A stretch of DNA of 64,000 nt, from positions 24,988,001-25,052,000 of the forward strand of contig NC_087245.1 of NCBI RefSeq assembly GCF_037042905.1. The letters are read 5' to 3'. The stretch is from Lytechinus pictus. Lineage: Eukaryota. Each line of letters starts with the position of its first letter. The first letter of the stretch is position 1. The position numbers and the translations under genes are program-made. The notes beneath the pieces are model-generated. The model was not told where the DNA came from. It made no database searches and worked only from the letters and a program-made list of their open reading frames with translations. Of the stretch, positions 37,401-52,400 are shown in pieces.

Positions 37401-40400
37401 ATATACATGTATGGTGATATCCAGCTTTTATTTGTGACAAAAGCAAAGTTGGAAAGATGCACATTCATCTCTATTTCATTGAAGCTACGACAAAAGGCAA
37501 TTAAATTGTCTTATTTTGTTAGCCATGAATAATGTTAACGTAACAGTTAATGCCATCTTCTGTGCCAGGTCTGACCACAAGACTATTGGGCAGAAATTAA
37601 AAATTGTGTTAAATTTCTTTGCGAGATGCCCGATGAGCACCACAACATTGATGTGCTAGTACATCATTCCTTCTCTCTCCCTCTCTCACTTTCATTATCA
37701 ATTTTCTTTGATACAGCATGAACTGTATATTTTCCTCTTATTTATTTAAAAATTCTCTTAGATCAAATTCACAATAAGACAAATTCTTCTCTACCAAGAG
37801 ACATCTTCTATAAGATAACACGCTAAACATATACTTTCATTCATTCTCTTAGATCAAATTAATATAATTGCACAAAAAAGGCACATTCTTCTCTGAGCCA
37901 TCTTTCTATACAATGTCCCTATTGCAAATGCCAAGTTTTTTTAGTATGATCTGAAGAATATTTTACCTCTTTAAGAGAGTGTAGTAGGAGGTACTGTCTT
38001 TTCTGCTGCGTCTCTATTTCGTGTAGAACAAATGGAAGGTACTTGGGAAGGTTGCCTACACTAACATTACCTGGAAGGAAATTAATTATTCAAAAGAAAA
38101 GAAGAAAATAGAAGAACAAAAAATAGATTAAATATACATGTTTGCAAATTCAGCTTTGCAATATTTTTTCTATACCTTTTGACTAATTCTTTGTACAAGT
38201 AATCATATTGTCATGATTTCATGAAATAAAATTCCACGGAAGAGGAAAGAAATATTCAAGAGGGATAAATATAACTTGTCCTGGGAAAAGAGGACTTTTT
38301 TTCCAACTTTGGCTTGTGCTTGTCTTGCTCAGCATCACTAGGTTATCACAATATTTCTGTTTGTTTATGTCCCAAATAGAGAGCTTTTCAATAAAAGTCA
38401 ACAAGGGAGCATTTCATCAATATTTGTTGTCTGAGAAGCTGTCGGATTTGGCAACTGTCCTTGATTTGGATTGGATGGGAAGCATGGGTGTCTGTTACTA
38501 TAGCAACTGCTAGAAAACTACATTATTTGTCCTTTCATGAAATGCTCCCTAGGTGAGTTTAATGTCTTGTCTCGTTTTCCTGTTTGTTTTTCGAATTATC
38601 ACTTTCAAGATAATGAAATGAATGAAAAATCATAATGTCTTACCAAGGGCATAAGAAGCAGCCGATTTGACCTCTTCACAAGGCGATGAGAAAGATTCTA
38701 CAATGACCTTCTGAAGCTCAGCCTGACCACTCAAATCTCTGCATTAATAATAGTAGGAATATTTGTTACTGTTGTAGTCAGTTTCAGGAGACACTGTCAG
38801 TCACTTTTAGCTTATAAATTCAATCATAAGTCTTGATATTTGAAATCATATATGGGTCTGATTCTCACAACAGGAAATATAAATCAATTTTACTGAAGTT
38901 AAATTAATCCACAATTTACGGAATGCTACCTTATGATGTTCAGCACAAAAAGTAAACTGATGACTGTCTGTTGTACACTGATATTCAGAACAATTACCTT
39001 ATTGTGCACTCTCATAGTGAGAATTATTACTATCTTAATTTTCATCTTCATAGAACCTTTTTCTTTCGGAAGAAACTTACACATGTTTTCCAATCTCTCC
39101 AAGGGCCAGTAAAGCAAACAATCTGATAGAATCCGTTGATTCAGAATTCTGAAATAAAAAAAAATAGAAAAAAGGATTATGAAATGCAGATATTGACCCC
39201 ATTTCACATAAGTAAAACTAGGAGGGGATACCACACACACTCCTGTTTTTTCAAGTGCTCAAAATGAAGGCCAATAAGTGTATATAAGCAAAGTTTGCAC
39301 CTACAACTATTTTACTCACGATTTGATCATTTTCAATGTACATGCATACTTGCTTCAAAAACGTAGGTAGAAGGTAATACCCCGTGGGGATTAAACTACT
39401 TTTATGAAATGGGCCATACTGTCTGAACCATCTATAGAGACTTTAGTTGGTACACAGACAAACAAAAAGTTTTGAATTCACTCAATGTGAAAGAAAGGTA
39501 TGAGTTTTGATTATTTATGCAGATCAAGTAATTACCCCCCCCCAAAAAAAAAAAAAATACAACAATGATTTATTGTATAATCACTTTAAAAAAAAAAAAA
39601 TTACTGTATGTAACAAGATATGAATAATGATATACATTTTACCCAAAAAAAAATCAAAGAAACACAGGTACTTCATAAAATAGAGCATCAATGGATAGAA
39701 ATACATACATTTCAAACAAAACAGCCTATTAAAATTATAAATTGAACTATATAATAACAACAAATAATTAGAAACCCCCCAAAAGAGGCTTAAAGGCTAT
39801 CATATAACAAAAAAAGATTTTGAAAGAATATTCCTTCTCACCTTTATATCATTTACAAACTGAACAACAACAGCTGATCCTTGGTTTGCACAGGAAATCG
39901 TTAAAACGGCAACACACTTTGCAATTGAATGGAAAGCCTACAAAGCAATTAAGATTTTTAAAAGGTTAAAGTCATCATGTCACAAGAAAAAAAAATCAAA
40001 GATAGCATATGGATGATAGCATTCAGGTTTCATTATTGTAGAGTGAATTAGGGACTTCAGATAAAGTAAGCATAAGGCTCTATAGAAGAACCTTTTTTTT
40101 TTTTTTTTTTATTTAAGTTTTTATTGAAATAAATCATAACAATCACAATATTTACAAATGATTAGCATGATGAAAAAAGCATAAAATCATGGAAACATTA
40201 CAATAAAAAAGAGGCAGATATAAGATTATAATTATCTAAAAGTTTTCAAGAGGGAGGCGCCGAGATAGAAACAAAAAAGACCGCCCTGAAGAACAGAAGC
40301 CAAATAAAAAAATCGGACTAGAATGAGGTCAGACAGCTGAAGGTCCCCCGCCACAATTCTCTCTCTCTCTCCCTCCCTCCCCCCCCCCTCTCACTCTCCC

Positions 40401-43400
40401 TTCACTCGTACACACGCACATTAAAACCTTATCCCCGTACAAACACAAATATCATTGCCCCTCCCCCCCCCCCTCCTGCATACGACACACACACACACGC
40501 TCACATAATTAAGAAAAGGGGAGGAAACCCTCAGCCACGTGACTCCATCCAATCCAAGATCCTGCCAAATATGGACCATCAACACTTTGCAAGTTCGAGA
40601 AAAAGGTCAGGAGGTCAAACATTCTCCAGAATGCGCTTGCATAAATTAAGTCTCGGAGGTCGCCCTTGAAAGTACATACATATGTGTGCATATAGTATAC
40701 GGACGAATCAAGCAATACATTCTTACACCGTACTATGCATTGAAAGATAACAGTTCAAAGATAAACATGGTTTTCTTCATATAAAAATAATGTACAAACA
40801 ATAATCACTATATCATATTATACAGTGGCAGTATGAATTTTAACTTAGAGATTATTAGGTAAGGGGAACAATATAGGTGTCGAAAATCTGTAAAAAACGA
40901 GAAAAAGATAATTTAGATATCAGAATCGTGGGTCACAGGAATAAATACAGAGGTTGGCATGGACAATTCTACAAGAAACTTCTGTAATGTAGAGGAAATA
41001 GTGCAGCATGGTCACTAGCTGTAAAGTATACATGCAATAATGATACACACCCTTAAAGGTCAAAACGCCATTTCTTAAAATGACTATGCAGTCTATTTTT
41101 CTTTTTAGCTAAAAGATATTCAATTTCTTTTTGTTTTTTAACCACTGATTTAAATGAAATAAAATTTGGAAGAATATTTCTAAACTTGCAGGAATAAATG
41201 TGATATTTCAAAAGTAAAAATAGATATGAAAGAAATCTGTCAGTGCTTATGCCAAAAAGCATTTCAAAGTTAGTTACAGACAAGTTCGATTTCAATTTCT
41301 GTGAGATAACAGTGATAAGGTCATGCCAAATAGGAGTAATCTTTTCACATTCACAGAATATATGGATTAAGGTTTCTTCCTTCTTTCCACAGAAATAGCA
41401 GTCAGGAGAATCTTTCCTCTTGATCTTAAATAGGAAACTGTTGACTGCAATAGTTTTATGAAAAATTTTAAAATAAAAAGACCTTAATTTAGTGTCAATA
41501 GTACAAAAGAAATTAGTGTAATGAATCTTCTCCCAGCTAATATCAACAGGTAACAATAAATTATCATTCCAATATGCATATTTCTTGATTGGAACATGAG
41601 GGCTAAGTAGGATGTAGTAAACACTCTTAGGAACTTTTTTGTAATGTAACAAATTAAACACAATAGTATCATGAACACCAATAATGTCGACATCAAATTC
41701 TACCAACCAGCTCTCTGGGATATTTTTCATCAAAAAATTAAACTTTCTTCTATCTCTCAAGGATATACCAAAATCAAGTACCAATTCTTCGAAAAGTTTA
41801 TGTCCGGGAAAAGGAGGATTAAACAAATCTGAAATTGTAAGGATGTTTTTATTAAACCAATCTTCATAATGAAAGTAAGGATTTGATTTTGAACGAATTA
41901 ATTTGTTATACCATAATGACTGACATGCACTTAGTTCTGAGAATTTGTGACCATAAAATTCCTTAGTGGCTTCTTCTCTGTAAAAATACCATGAACGTAA
42001 AGAATCAGCCAATTGAATATTGCCAAGAGAGTTCAAAACACACTCTGGTGCATTACATTTCCACAAAAGAGAAACATCTTGATTAAACTTTTCCAAAAAG
42101 GTTAACTCAATTTTCTTCCAGGGAGCATCAAAATTTTCATCAAGAAGGTTTTTAACCCAAGTCAATTTCTGGGAAATGGCGAATAATAAGGGATCAATCA
42201 TTTTAAGACCAGCATTTCTATACTCATTACACATAACTTTTCTCTGCACTCTATCCCTACCTCCACTCCAAATAAACTTGTAAAAAATCTTGTTCAACTC
42301 TGTGAAAAAGGAGCGAGGTATTTTTATACAAAGAACTGAGAAAAGATAAATCAATTGTGGCAATACAAGAGTTTTGATAACACAAATTTTGCCTATTAAA
42401 GAGAGATTTCTCATCCGCCAACAATTTACAGTATTTTCTATTTTTTTCAATCTCTCTTTGTAATTCAAACAGTACAAGAGACTTAAGTTTAATGAGAAGT
42501 GTACACCTAGGCATTTAAATTGAGTAGTTTTCCATGAAACACCCTGGCTAGAATAAGGAAAATTTTGGCATCCTTTTTTAGATCCAATCCAGACCGCCTC
42601 TGTTTTACTAAAGTTTATTTTACAACCAGAGTATTTACCAAAATTTGACAAGACATCAAAGAGTTTGGAAAATGAATTATTTGAGCCATCTAGAAAACAA
42701 ACTGAATCATCTGCAAATAAAGAGATTTTAACTTCAGAATTATTTTGCAAGGGGATACCTTTAATTTGATCGTTTTGACGAATAGAGAGAGCCATTATCT
42801 CAATAACCAATAAAAACAAATATGGGGAAATTGGGCAACCCTGAAAAATTCCTCTCCTCATAGAAATACGATTAGTTAAGAAACCATTATTCAAAACATA
42901 GCTTTGACGAGAAGAATACAAGGTTTTTATTGAATCAATAAAATTTGTGCCAAAATTAAATTGTTTCAAAGTTTGAAATAGAAAATTATGAGAAACACTA
43001 TCAAATGCTTTCTCGATATCGAGTAACAAAATAGTTCCAGGGATATCATTAAAATCTGTATATTCAATAATGTCCAAAATAAAACGAATATTATGACCAA
43101 TATTTCTTCCCTTCATAAAACCAGATTGGGCATCGTGTATAAGGGAGTGTAAAGAACACTTTAAACGAGTTGCTATACATTTGGCTAGAATTTTGTAATC
43201 TGTGGTTAATAATGTGATAGGTCGATAATTCTTTATGAACAAAGGATCTTTATCTTTTTTAGGGAGAAGGGTTATAACTCCATTTCGTTGAGAAGACGAC
43301 ATAACACCATTCTTTAATGAAAATTGGATGGAATCAATTAACATATCGCTTATATCATTCCAAAATACAATGTAAAATTCAACAGGCAGGCCATCTAACC

Positions 43401-46400
43401 CTGGAGTTTTGTTCATTTTCATTGCTTTAACTGCATTATACAATTCACTTTTGGTAAGAGGTGTTTCCATGAACTTCTTATCATCCTCAGAAAGTTTTGG
43501 AACTGAAATATTAGCAAAAATTGCCCCATTAAGATCATCATCATCTACGCCTGAATTATTATCTGGTAATGAATATAACTTGGCATAAAAATCATGTATA
43601 CTTTCTAAGATCTTTGTGGAATTAGTGATCAAATTTTCCTCATTATCATTAAGCCTATTTATATTTTTCCTCTGCCAGGATCTGTTTTCCAAATTACAAA
43701 AATATTTGCTACTTTTCTCACCGTCTTCTAACCATCTAACTTTAGATCTGATAATCAAACCTTTAGTTTCAAACTCATATATCTTATCCAATTTATCTTC
43801 AAGTTCCTCCAATTGTGAGAACAAGGGGTCACCAGCTACATATACATTATTTGATAATTGTATCTTAATTTTATCAATATCAGCCAATAATTTATTTTTT
43901 TCTGAATTTCTTTGTTTTTTCATACGGGATGAGTATTCAATACAGACTCCTGTAATGAAACATTTAAAGGTATCCCAGATAATGTTGTTGTTACATTGGG
44001 AGTCTTGATGAATAATTTTAAATTCCTTAATTTTATCCTTAACTAAATTAATAAATTCAGTATCAAAGTGTAAATAATGGGTATTGAGTTTCCAATAACC
44101 TTTACCTTTCACTGGTTGATTATCATTGAAATCAACAGAAACAATTGAGTGATCTGACTGGATCCCTGGTAAAATCTGCGATTTCTTGCAATTATCCAAA
44201 AAGTTATTTGAAACTAAAATAAAATCTAATCTGGATAATACTCTAGGGGACTTTTGATGTCGAGTGTATTTTTTCAAGCCTGGATGAAAAGATCTCCACA
44301 CATCACATAAGCCATATTCCTCCATTAATACAGAAAGCATTTCACTAGTTTTAATATTTGAATGGTGATCTCTAGAACCCTGATAATCAATGTCGTCAAT
44401 AACTGTGTTAAAATCACCGCCTACTATTATAAATTCATTATCAAATTTTTCAAGTTCTGCAAACACTCTCAATAAAAAATCTGGGTCATCATTATTTGGT
44501 CCATAAACATTTACTAAAGTGATAGGGAGTTCATTTATTATGGAATTTATAATCAAAAATCTCCCATGAGGATCCTTAAAGATAGATTTAATATTTGTAT
44601 TTAATGAGTTTCTTATAAGAATGGCCACACCTCTACTATTCGATGCAAAACTAGCAAAAAAAGCTATTTCACCCCACTGGGTTTTCCACAAGTGTTCATC
44701 ATTAATATCACAATGGGTTTCCTGGAGAAATACAATATCAGATTTAAGGGAACGCAAGAAATGAAAAACCTTTTTCCTTTTAACATAATCCTGTAGCCCC
44801 CTACAATTAAACGAACTGAGCTTAATAGACATTATTTTTTAAGATACACCCGATTCCAAAACCATCATCACTATAAGGAATACAACATAGCACAAAGAAG
44901 AAAAGGTACATGAATGTTATGCAATCTGCCATTACCGAGGACGTTAAAAAATAAGAATAAAAATAAAAAATAAATAAATACATATTATTAAACATGGAAA
45001 AAATAAAGCAAGGCAAGCACAAGATCGAACAAAGGGCTTCAAATCAAAAACACAGCCCTGTGTATGAGTGCTAATAACCTAGACCGAGATCAAAACAGTA
45101 CACGTACATAAAGGCACCAAAAGACTGACTAGAGAGTAGACTCAGATGAAGTGATGTCTATCAAATACTAACTATGATCACTGAAGGGCAGTAACAATGG
45201 ATGAAAGTAAAATACAATTAAAGTAAACAGCCTTGGGGTGATATTACACTCATGACAACGAAAAGATACAAAATAAAAATCAACACCAGTTAACAACTCT
45301 TTCAAAGTTTCTGATGAAGTAAATAAAACAGTCATACATTATGATACACTATAACGTGGTAAGTCAACCAACGATGTTCAACTTTCCATCTCGAGCTCTG
45401 AAGCCCACCCTGTCCGGGTAGAGGAAGAAAGGCCTCTTCCCCTCATCTCTCAAGCGCTTGATGAGATCCAACTTGTTTCTCCGCTTTTGCAATACACATT
45501 TAGAAAAATCTTCCGATACAAAGATCTTCTTTCCCTTATTCTCCTTCAATTTAGCGATGCATGCCTTACGAACTCGCTCCTTTATGGTATATGATGTGAA
45601 GGCCACGTGTATTACCCTTGGGCTTGGATCTGGCTTCTGATCTGGGTATGAGCGCTTTGATGTTGGTGTACGGTGACATCTCTCAAATGTAGACTCTTCT
45701 GGAGATAAGCCCACAAATCCATGGAGGAAATTCTGCAGTACTTCGATACAGCTTTCTCTAGGGCTTTCCGGCACACCATGAAAAACAAGGTTATTACGAC
45801 GAGATCTGTTCTCTAAATCGTCTATCTTGGCAATCATGTCTTCTCTCTCTGATTTGAGCTTTTTCACTTCTGCCACTACATCATCAAGTTGAATGGCACA
45901 CGCAGAGATTTTCTCCTCATTCTCAGACACTTTCAGGTTCATTTCATCTAATCTCTCTAGAAGAAGTAACTCCATGTGCTGCTCCAAACGAGTGAAGCGT
46001 GACTCAAATCGATCGATAAAACTACTGAACCAATGTGGAGGTGGGTCAGATTTCATCTCACCAACACTGTGCTTAGCCGTACCGACCAGCATCTCCCCTG
46101 CAGACGCCACCGCCGAAACCTCCCCCGGGGCGTTGGCCTGAGTCGCGTCAGAATCTTGCACGATAACTTTCCTTGGGGCCGTCAGTTTGGGGTTATTCTT
46201 TTCAGGAGTATCTAATTGTCTTTTAGGTCCCATTTTTACTCAATCACTGCCACAGATCATCAATCGACAGAAAAATACTTTGCTTACCGCCAGAATCTTC
46301 TCTTTGTCAGAATTTTGGTGAAAATTTAGATCAGCATTGTCACATGGCTACTGTCTCTTCCCATGGAAAAGGGCGCCCTTCCTCTATAGAAGAACCTAAC

Positions 46401-49400
46401 ATAATCAGGATGGTCTAGTGCTTCCGACAATCGTCTTTCAATGAGAGGGTCGTGGATTCAAATGCTAGCCATTGTGCTGCACTCAACCGAGGTAAGATGA
46501 ATGGGAACCCAATAGGATTAATTCCTTGTATGCGCAGTGCTGGACACCGTAGCTCGAGCTAAAGCCGGAGTGATAATAATAGTGCTCCTCAGAAGAGACC
46601 ATTTCTAAATAGACGGCATGTTTTAATGCAGAGCTTGGGCAGCTTTATGAACTAACATAATTTTCAGTCAAATCCATACATTTACCTGTTTGTGAACAGC
46701 GTAGGGTGTGCTAGATGGTTGAGTAGCCTCCGTGGGGCTGTAGACAGGAGCAGTCAGTAGTCCTAGGAGATCTTGGAATCCCATCTTAGCGGTCTTGGTC
46801 AAGACTAGAGCCTTGAAGAAATCTAACATGGCATTCAGGGCACCACCTAAATAAAACAAAGAAGGGTAGTGAGTTCTGCAGGATTCATGCATCCATGAAG
46901 GTAGCCACAAGACTGACCGGGTAGTACATTGTGAAGCATCTAGAGGGGTGTTTCCACAAAGAATTGAAGCCATTCTTAAGTGCCTACACATACATGATAT
47001 TTAACACACAATATAATTGATTAATACAAAGTTGCCTTCTAAAAAGTTGTCTTCTGAAAGTGATTTTACCACACAACTGGGATTTTAAGTATGCGTTAAG
47101 GTCAAACTTGAACCTTTGTAAAACACCCCCAGAGAAACAACAAACAAGAACAGATAAAATATTTAAATGAGGTAAGATACAAAAAATACACTTATAAATA
47201 ATAAACAAATAATACAAGGAAATTATGTAATTTTAAGAAATATACAATAGTGAAACAATTCAATTTCATTTATAAAAACAAACACATTAAGGCAACTTGT
47301 AAAAAGTCTGTGAAGTGACTCATAGCAGGAACCTTGCTATAAGATAGCAACTTTTCATTGCAGTCTCCATATGATTTTGTCTACAGTGACTGTGATTATT
47401 TGTACTGAAAAGCTGTTTGCAGGACAGCTCTGACTTTTGAGAAGGTGCCTAAAATGAAAATCTACCGTGTATGTGATGGAAAAGGGGTTACCTTGAAGAA
47501 GCGGAGATCTGACCAGAACAAGAATCTCAACGAGGATGTGATCATAGATCTTTGACATACTAGACGGGTGGATCTCACATAGAGAGGTCAAGAGGTTAAG
47601 GGTCAACTGTGAGATGTGAAGGTCACTCTCATTGATGAGTGGAGGGAGCTCTGTCATGATGCCATCCATCATTGTACTGGTCAGAGAGGGACCTGAAAAG
47701 TAACAAACACAAACAAAACTAGGGTCAAAGGTCACGCCCTTTCATTTTCAAGCCACATGAAAACTTTGTGAGGTAGAGGGTCGTGTGTCCGAATTCCACT
47801 GCAGCCTAGCATCCATTGGCAAGGCATCACTCCACACTTTGGTAGGATGCTACCAATTAGGCGAAGAAATATTCTGGGCAAAGAAATATTGACTACATGT
47901 ATTATTACTATTGACACTGCAACCATACAGTATCATGGATTGAATTGGTCAACATTTTATTTGAATAAAACTGATAATTGAGTAAAAAATTCATCAGAAA
48001 TTTCAATTCCAAGTATTTTATCAAACTGGATTTGTCATCTTTCTCAAAATGAATGAATGTGCATTGTTGGGGTGGGGGCATTCCACTTACCATAATTTCT
48101 GATGAGTATGTTGAGAGACGAGAGGGTTGCCAATTTGAGAGCTCTGTGATTTTTTCGCAGGAAGGATGCCAAGATAGGAACACCTTGACCCTGTCAAGAT
48201 ATGAAACATAAATTGATATATCAAACAGATTATAAAGATTCAGATCAGTGCTAAGTAAAAAAGTTATCAAGTGACCCAAGAGGCAAGGATTGCATTCATT
48301 TCATTCTAGGTTTTGACGTCACCTCAGTGAATATTTATAGGCTCAGTGAGCATTATATTCACTGAAGACAAAGTGAAAGTTAGACCAACTGGGTATTAGA
48401 CTAAATGAGAAATAGACAAAGAGGGTTTTTGACCAAGTGAAGTGCAGATCAACAAGCAATTAGACAACATGAATATGAACCATCTCCCCACCTCAATCCT
48501 ACAAAATCCCACTGCTACTAGCATGTTATTTATTATGTTCCATGTAATTAAACTTCATTAATTGATGATATGATAAATCAAATAGAAAATAAAATGTATC
48601 AAGCTTACCAATATGGGAGAAAGATCAACTTCGAGGGGTGAGCTAGCTATAAGAGTAAGCGCTTTGACTGTGGTCAACCTGGTAATCTCATTCCGCAGAC
48701 GATCTAAGAATATCGGCAAGCAAGTTGACAGCTCAGACTTCAGATGGTCACCAAGATTACAGATGATCTGCCCCCTGATCAGAAAAATACATGTAAATGA
48801 GGGAGGAGAACAAAAGTTCACCGGTAAGTACTGGTGTATACAGTCACATAACATTTAGTCCCAATGATATATGTTCATCTTTCTTACTTTCCCATTACAT
48901 TCCATTACATCATAATGCAGTATGCTCTATGCATGATCAGTGGAAAACATTTTTAACACATTCAGGGAATATGTTCAAGTTATATCAAATGAAACATATT
49001 GGTTGGTATTCTGATAGTCATGGTTTAGATAAACCTTGGTTAACTTAGACCAAACTTTTATGGAGTGCCAGTTGTCAACTCATTCACCAACTAAGAATAA
49101 TTCTTATCCTGCTGCAAAAAATGGTCAAAAAATTAATTGAGTCCTGAAATTGCAAGAATAGGAAAACACAAAATTATAATGAATTTTGATGAATTAATTG
49201 ATACATTATAAGTGCATGAACAAAGAAGAAATATGATGAAGCCCAGCATTCCATAGAAGTTTAAGTTTTTAGTTTAGACTAGGGTTAAATCTAGGTTTGA
49301 TGATCAGAATACCCACCCATTGGCACCGAAAAGTCAGACTGTATTCAGAGAGCATACATCCTTAATGCATAGTAAAGCCTATCATTAATAAATGATGACT

Positions 49401-52400
49401 TAGTTTTAATCCTTCCTAGACAACAAGAAGACACAAATAGAAGATCATGAAATGGAGAGGTCAATGCACTTACATGCATGAGATTGCCCTTTCCTTGACC
49501 TCTTGGTCAATGTCTGCTGCCTTGAGACGAGTCAGTGTGCAACCGTACAGGTCAAGCACAAACGGAGTGAAATCGAAACCATTGTCTTTCTCTGAAATGA
49601 AATACAACAAAATATAAAGAAATTTTCTTGTACTAGTAATAAGATTAAGATTGTTTTGAAGCAAAAACAAATCCAATGATATATTATGACATGAAAATTG
49701 ATTGAGATATATTAGCTGGGTTCTGTACAATCAAAATATGGTTTAAAAGAAGATCCCCAAAATGTATATGTACAGGAAATAGTAAATGCATGGGCAAATT
49801 GCATCAAAACTTATTTCTATGGTAACTTTTCCATTGTGATAACAACCATGGAAACAATTATTTAAATTAGCTTTTGAGCCCCGATATGGTCTTAATGCAA
49901 TGGGGTCATTGCAAAACTTTTATCATAAACGGTCACTTAATCAATCAATTATAACAAAGACTTGGCCATTCTATCACACATTTATTCAATCCTTTAGTCA
50001 GACAGTCTATTCAACAATCGCTTGATCGCTATACATGTATGAATAAATTAAGTGATCCATACATACCTAGTGGTCTAATGACCTTCACTAGAGTCTGAGT
50101 AACCATGAGAGCCTCTGATGTGATTTTATAGAACGGATCACCAGCTGCTGCGACCACAGGCTACAAAGAAAACAAATTCAGAAGATATTTCATAACTTTG
50201 ATGGAAAAGGGTTATTTCAATTGATAAAACTTGATTGATTGGGGATAAGAGGACTTTGCTGGAATTGTATCTTGATCTCAATTCACTGTATGAAAGAAAG
50301 TTTAAAATTGTGTTTTCAAACCTCAACATGTATAGATCTCATCTCAATTTCACAAGACTTGTAAAGGGTAAAACAACCCTGTATCCTCTTAGAAGTCATG
50401 ATATGAATTATTTATTTGAAGTGAAATGAACATCAACAAAACTGAATCAATATCAAATAAGAGTTTGATGAGAAGTCAGATGGGAAAGGTGAATGAATAA
50501 GGGCTGTTTCTTATTAATTTTTTTTTTTACATTCCTATAATTTTTTTTCTGACTTTCTGGAATGTCATTTTGAGGAAAACTTTCCTTGACTTACCATAGA
50601 TTTCTTAAAATCAAAGTGATTTTTAGGTCAATTAAATTAGAAACTTAAATGTTATCATATGAAATTCAGAAAATATTTTTAGAACCAAAGAATGCACCCT
50701 GCCTCGAATATACATAATTTTGCGTCAAATCAAGTAAATAGAAGTCAAGTTTACTAGCATGACTGAAATGTTAATTTGAAGGAGTACTTTTCAGATGCCC
50801 TGTTACAATCAAATAAATCAAAATTTGAATAGAGGTTAACTTACTGGAACGATGAGAGATATGTGATCATGGAAAGCTTCTGGACTGTGGTTGAGCAGAA
50901 GACAGTTGAGGAAAGCCAAGGCATCAATCTTCATGTTGGAACTACTGTTCTTATCACTGGTGGGAAAAGAAAATTGGCTTTAATAGACTTGAGTTTACAT
51001 GGGGGAGAAGATTACAATTTGCAGACGCTGGACTCAGTTAAGAACAACGGAAAGTCCACGTAATATATATAGATACATCTTGGGGGTTTAGCAATTTAAA
51101 CTCTCCCATTGAATCAAATTACAGACATTCCTTTGCCTGGTTTAGGCAATGTGGGACCAAGGTTAGTAATATGAGGCAAGGACAATTAAAAATATAATGG
51201 CTATTTGCTTTAACATTTCATCTACATGAGCACTAGATTAAACCTGTCTAATACATAAGTTTGAAAACACATATCAACTAACATAGCCTTTGAATTTCGC
51301 CAAAATCATAGACACAGAGATGTACATGTATGTAGAATAGTAGCAAGAGGATATACAGATAGGCAAGGGTAGACTTCGTAGAGGCAAAATCTTGTCTTGT
51401 CGAATATTTCTGAAGCTGGGGTCATAAAAGAAAATTATAACAAAATGACTGCAAATTACGACAGAATTTTTAAAAAATCAGATATCAAACCTTATTGCAA
51501 CAGTATACACTCTGTACCAATTAAACAGTTCTAAGAGAGGAATTTCAGTCATTCACTTTTTTAGCACTACTTTAACTCCAGTTTTTTCAACACCGACTTG
51601 GATTGATTACTAATGATGTTTCTGGTACTGGTACAACAGACTGGTGTTTGGCTCAAATTTCACAATAAAAAACACTGAAATAAATGACATTTCCTTCAAG
51701 CGTCTACTCACACAAGAGAGAACTCAATCCCTGGTACAAGTGATGGGATATGAGCTGTGAGGGCGCCAGGCGAGACGTTGATGAGCTCTGTCAAGAGATT
51801 GAGGCAGCCTTGTCTTGTCTTGATACTCTTTTCCTTCATCTGTTTGTAAAGGGCTTTCACTATGTTAGGCACCTGTAGTCTCAAGATGGCTATCGGTCTG
51901 TACAAACCAAAAAAAAAAGAACCAAAAAAAAAAGAGGAATGGAATAGACATCATGGCGATGATTCACTCTTACAGTTACATTAAAATTTGAGATGAATTC
52001 AATGTAATGAGATTCAAGTGGTCTACCATTTCTTTAAATTGATTTTAACTCTCAAGGAATCAAAGAGTGAAAACAACATCACGACAATGATTCACTGACA
52101 CTAACAGTTAAAATCAATTTCAAGTGAGATGTATTAAATTCTATGATATTGAAGTGGTCTACATTGTCTTTGAATTTATTTTAGCTCTTAAGAAATCAAA
52201 GAGATGATTGATGATACAATATTTGAATAGAGGACATAAAAAAGGACGCACATAAGCTTTATGATGTGTACTTGATAGAGCATGAAACACCAACTAAATG
52301 GAGGCGAGGCATACAACAATAAAAATTCTAAATTCTGGCTCATACTTATAATTTTTTTTAGAATAAATTGCTGCATGTACCGTATGCTTCAGTACAAAGT

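Larger units (their letters stand above)
32138..37660 (+). mobile_element. Helentron/Helitron2-like composite element in a CAND1 intron
   Basis: 5' end TTTTTAGCTCATCCGGC; 3' end GCCCGATGAGC (10/11 inverted match) followed by hairpin AGCAC..GTGCT and AGT. Encloses a PIF1 helicase remnant. Confidence 0.6.
40094..46381 (-). mobile_element. Full-length L1/Tx1-clade LINE (~6.3 kb)
   Basis: TSD CTCTATAGAAGAACCT at 40078-40093 and 46382-46397; poly(A) tail (T run to 40110); AATAAA at 40125-40120; two intact ORFs. Confidence 0.95.

Noticed and set aside
44833..45363. Hammerhead or HDV ribozyme in the L1 inter-ORF spacer
   Set aside because: CTGATGA occurs only on the antisense strand and lacks the flanking stems and a properly placed GAAA.
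51955..52215. ~135-bp tandem duplication in a CAND1 intron
   Set aside because: Degenerate local duplication with no functional signature.
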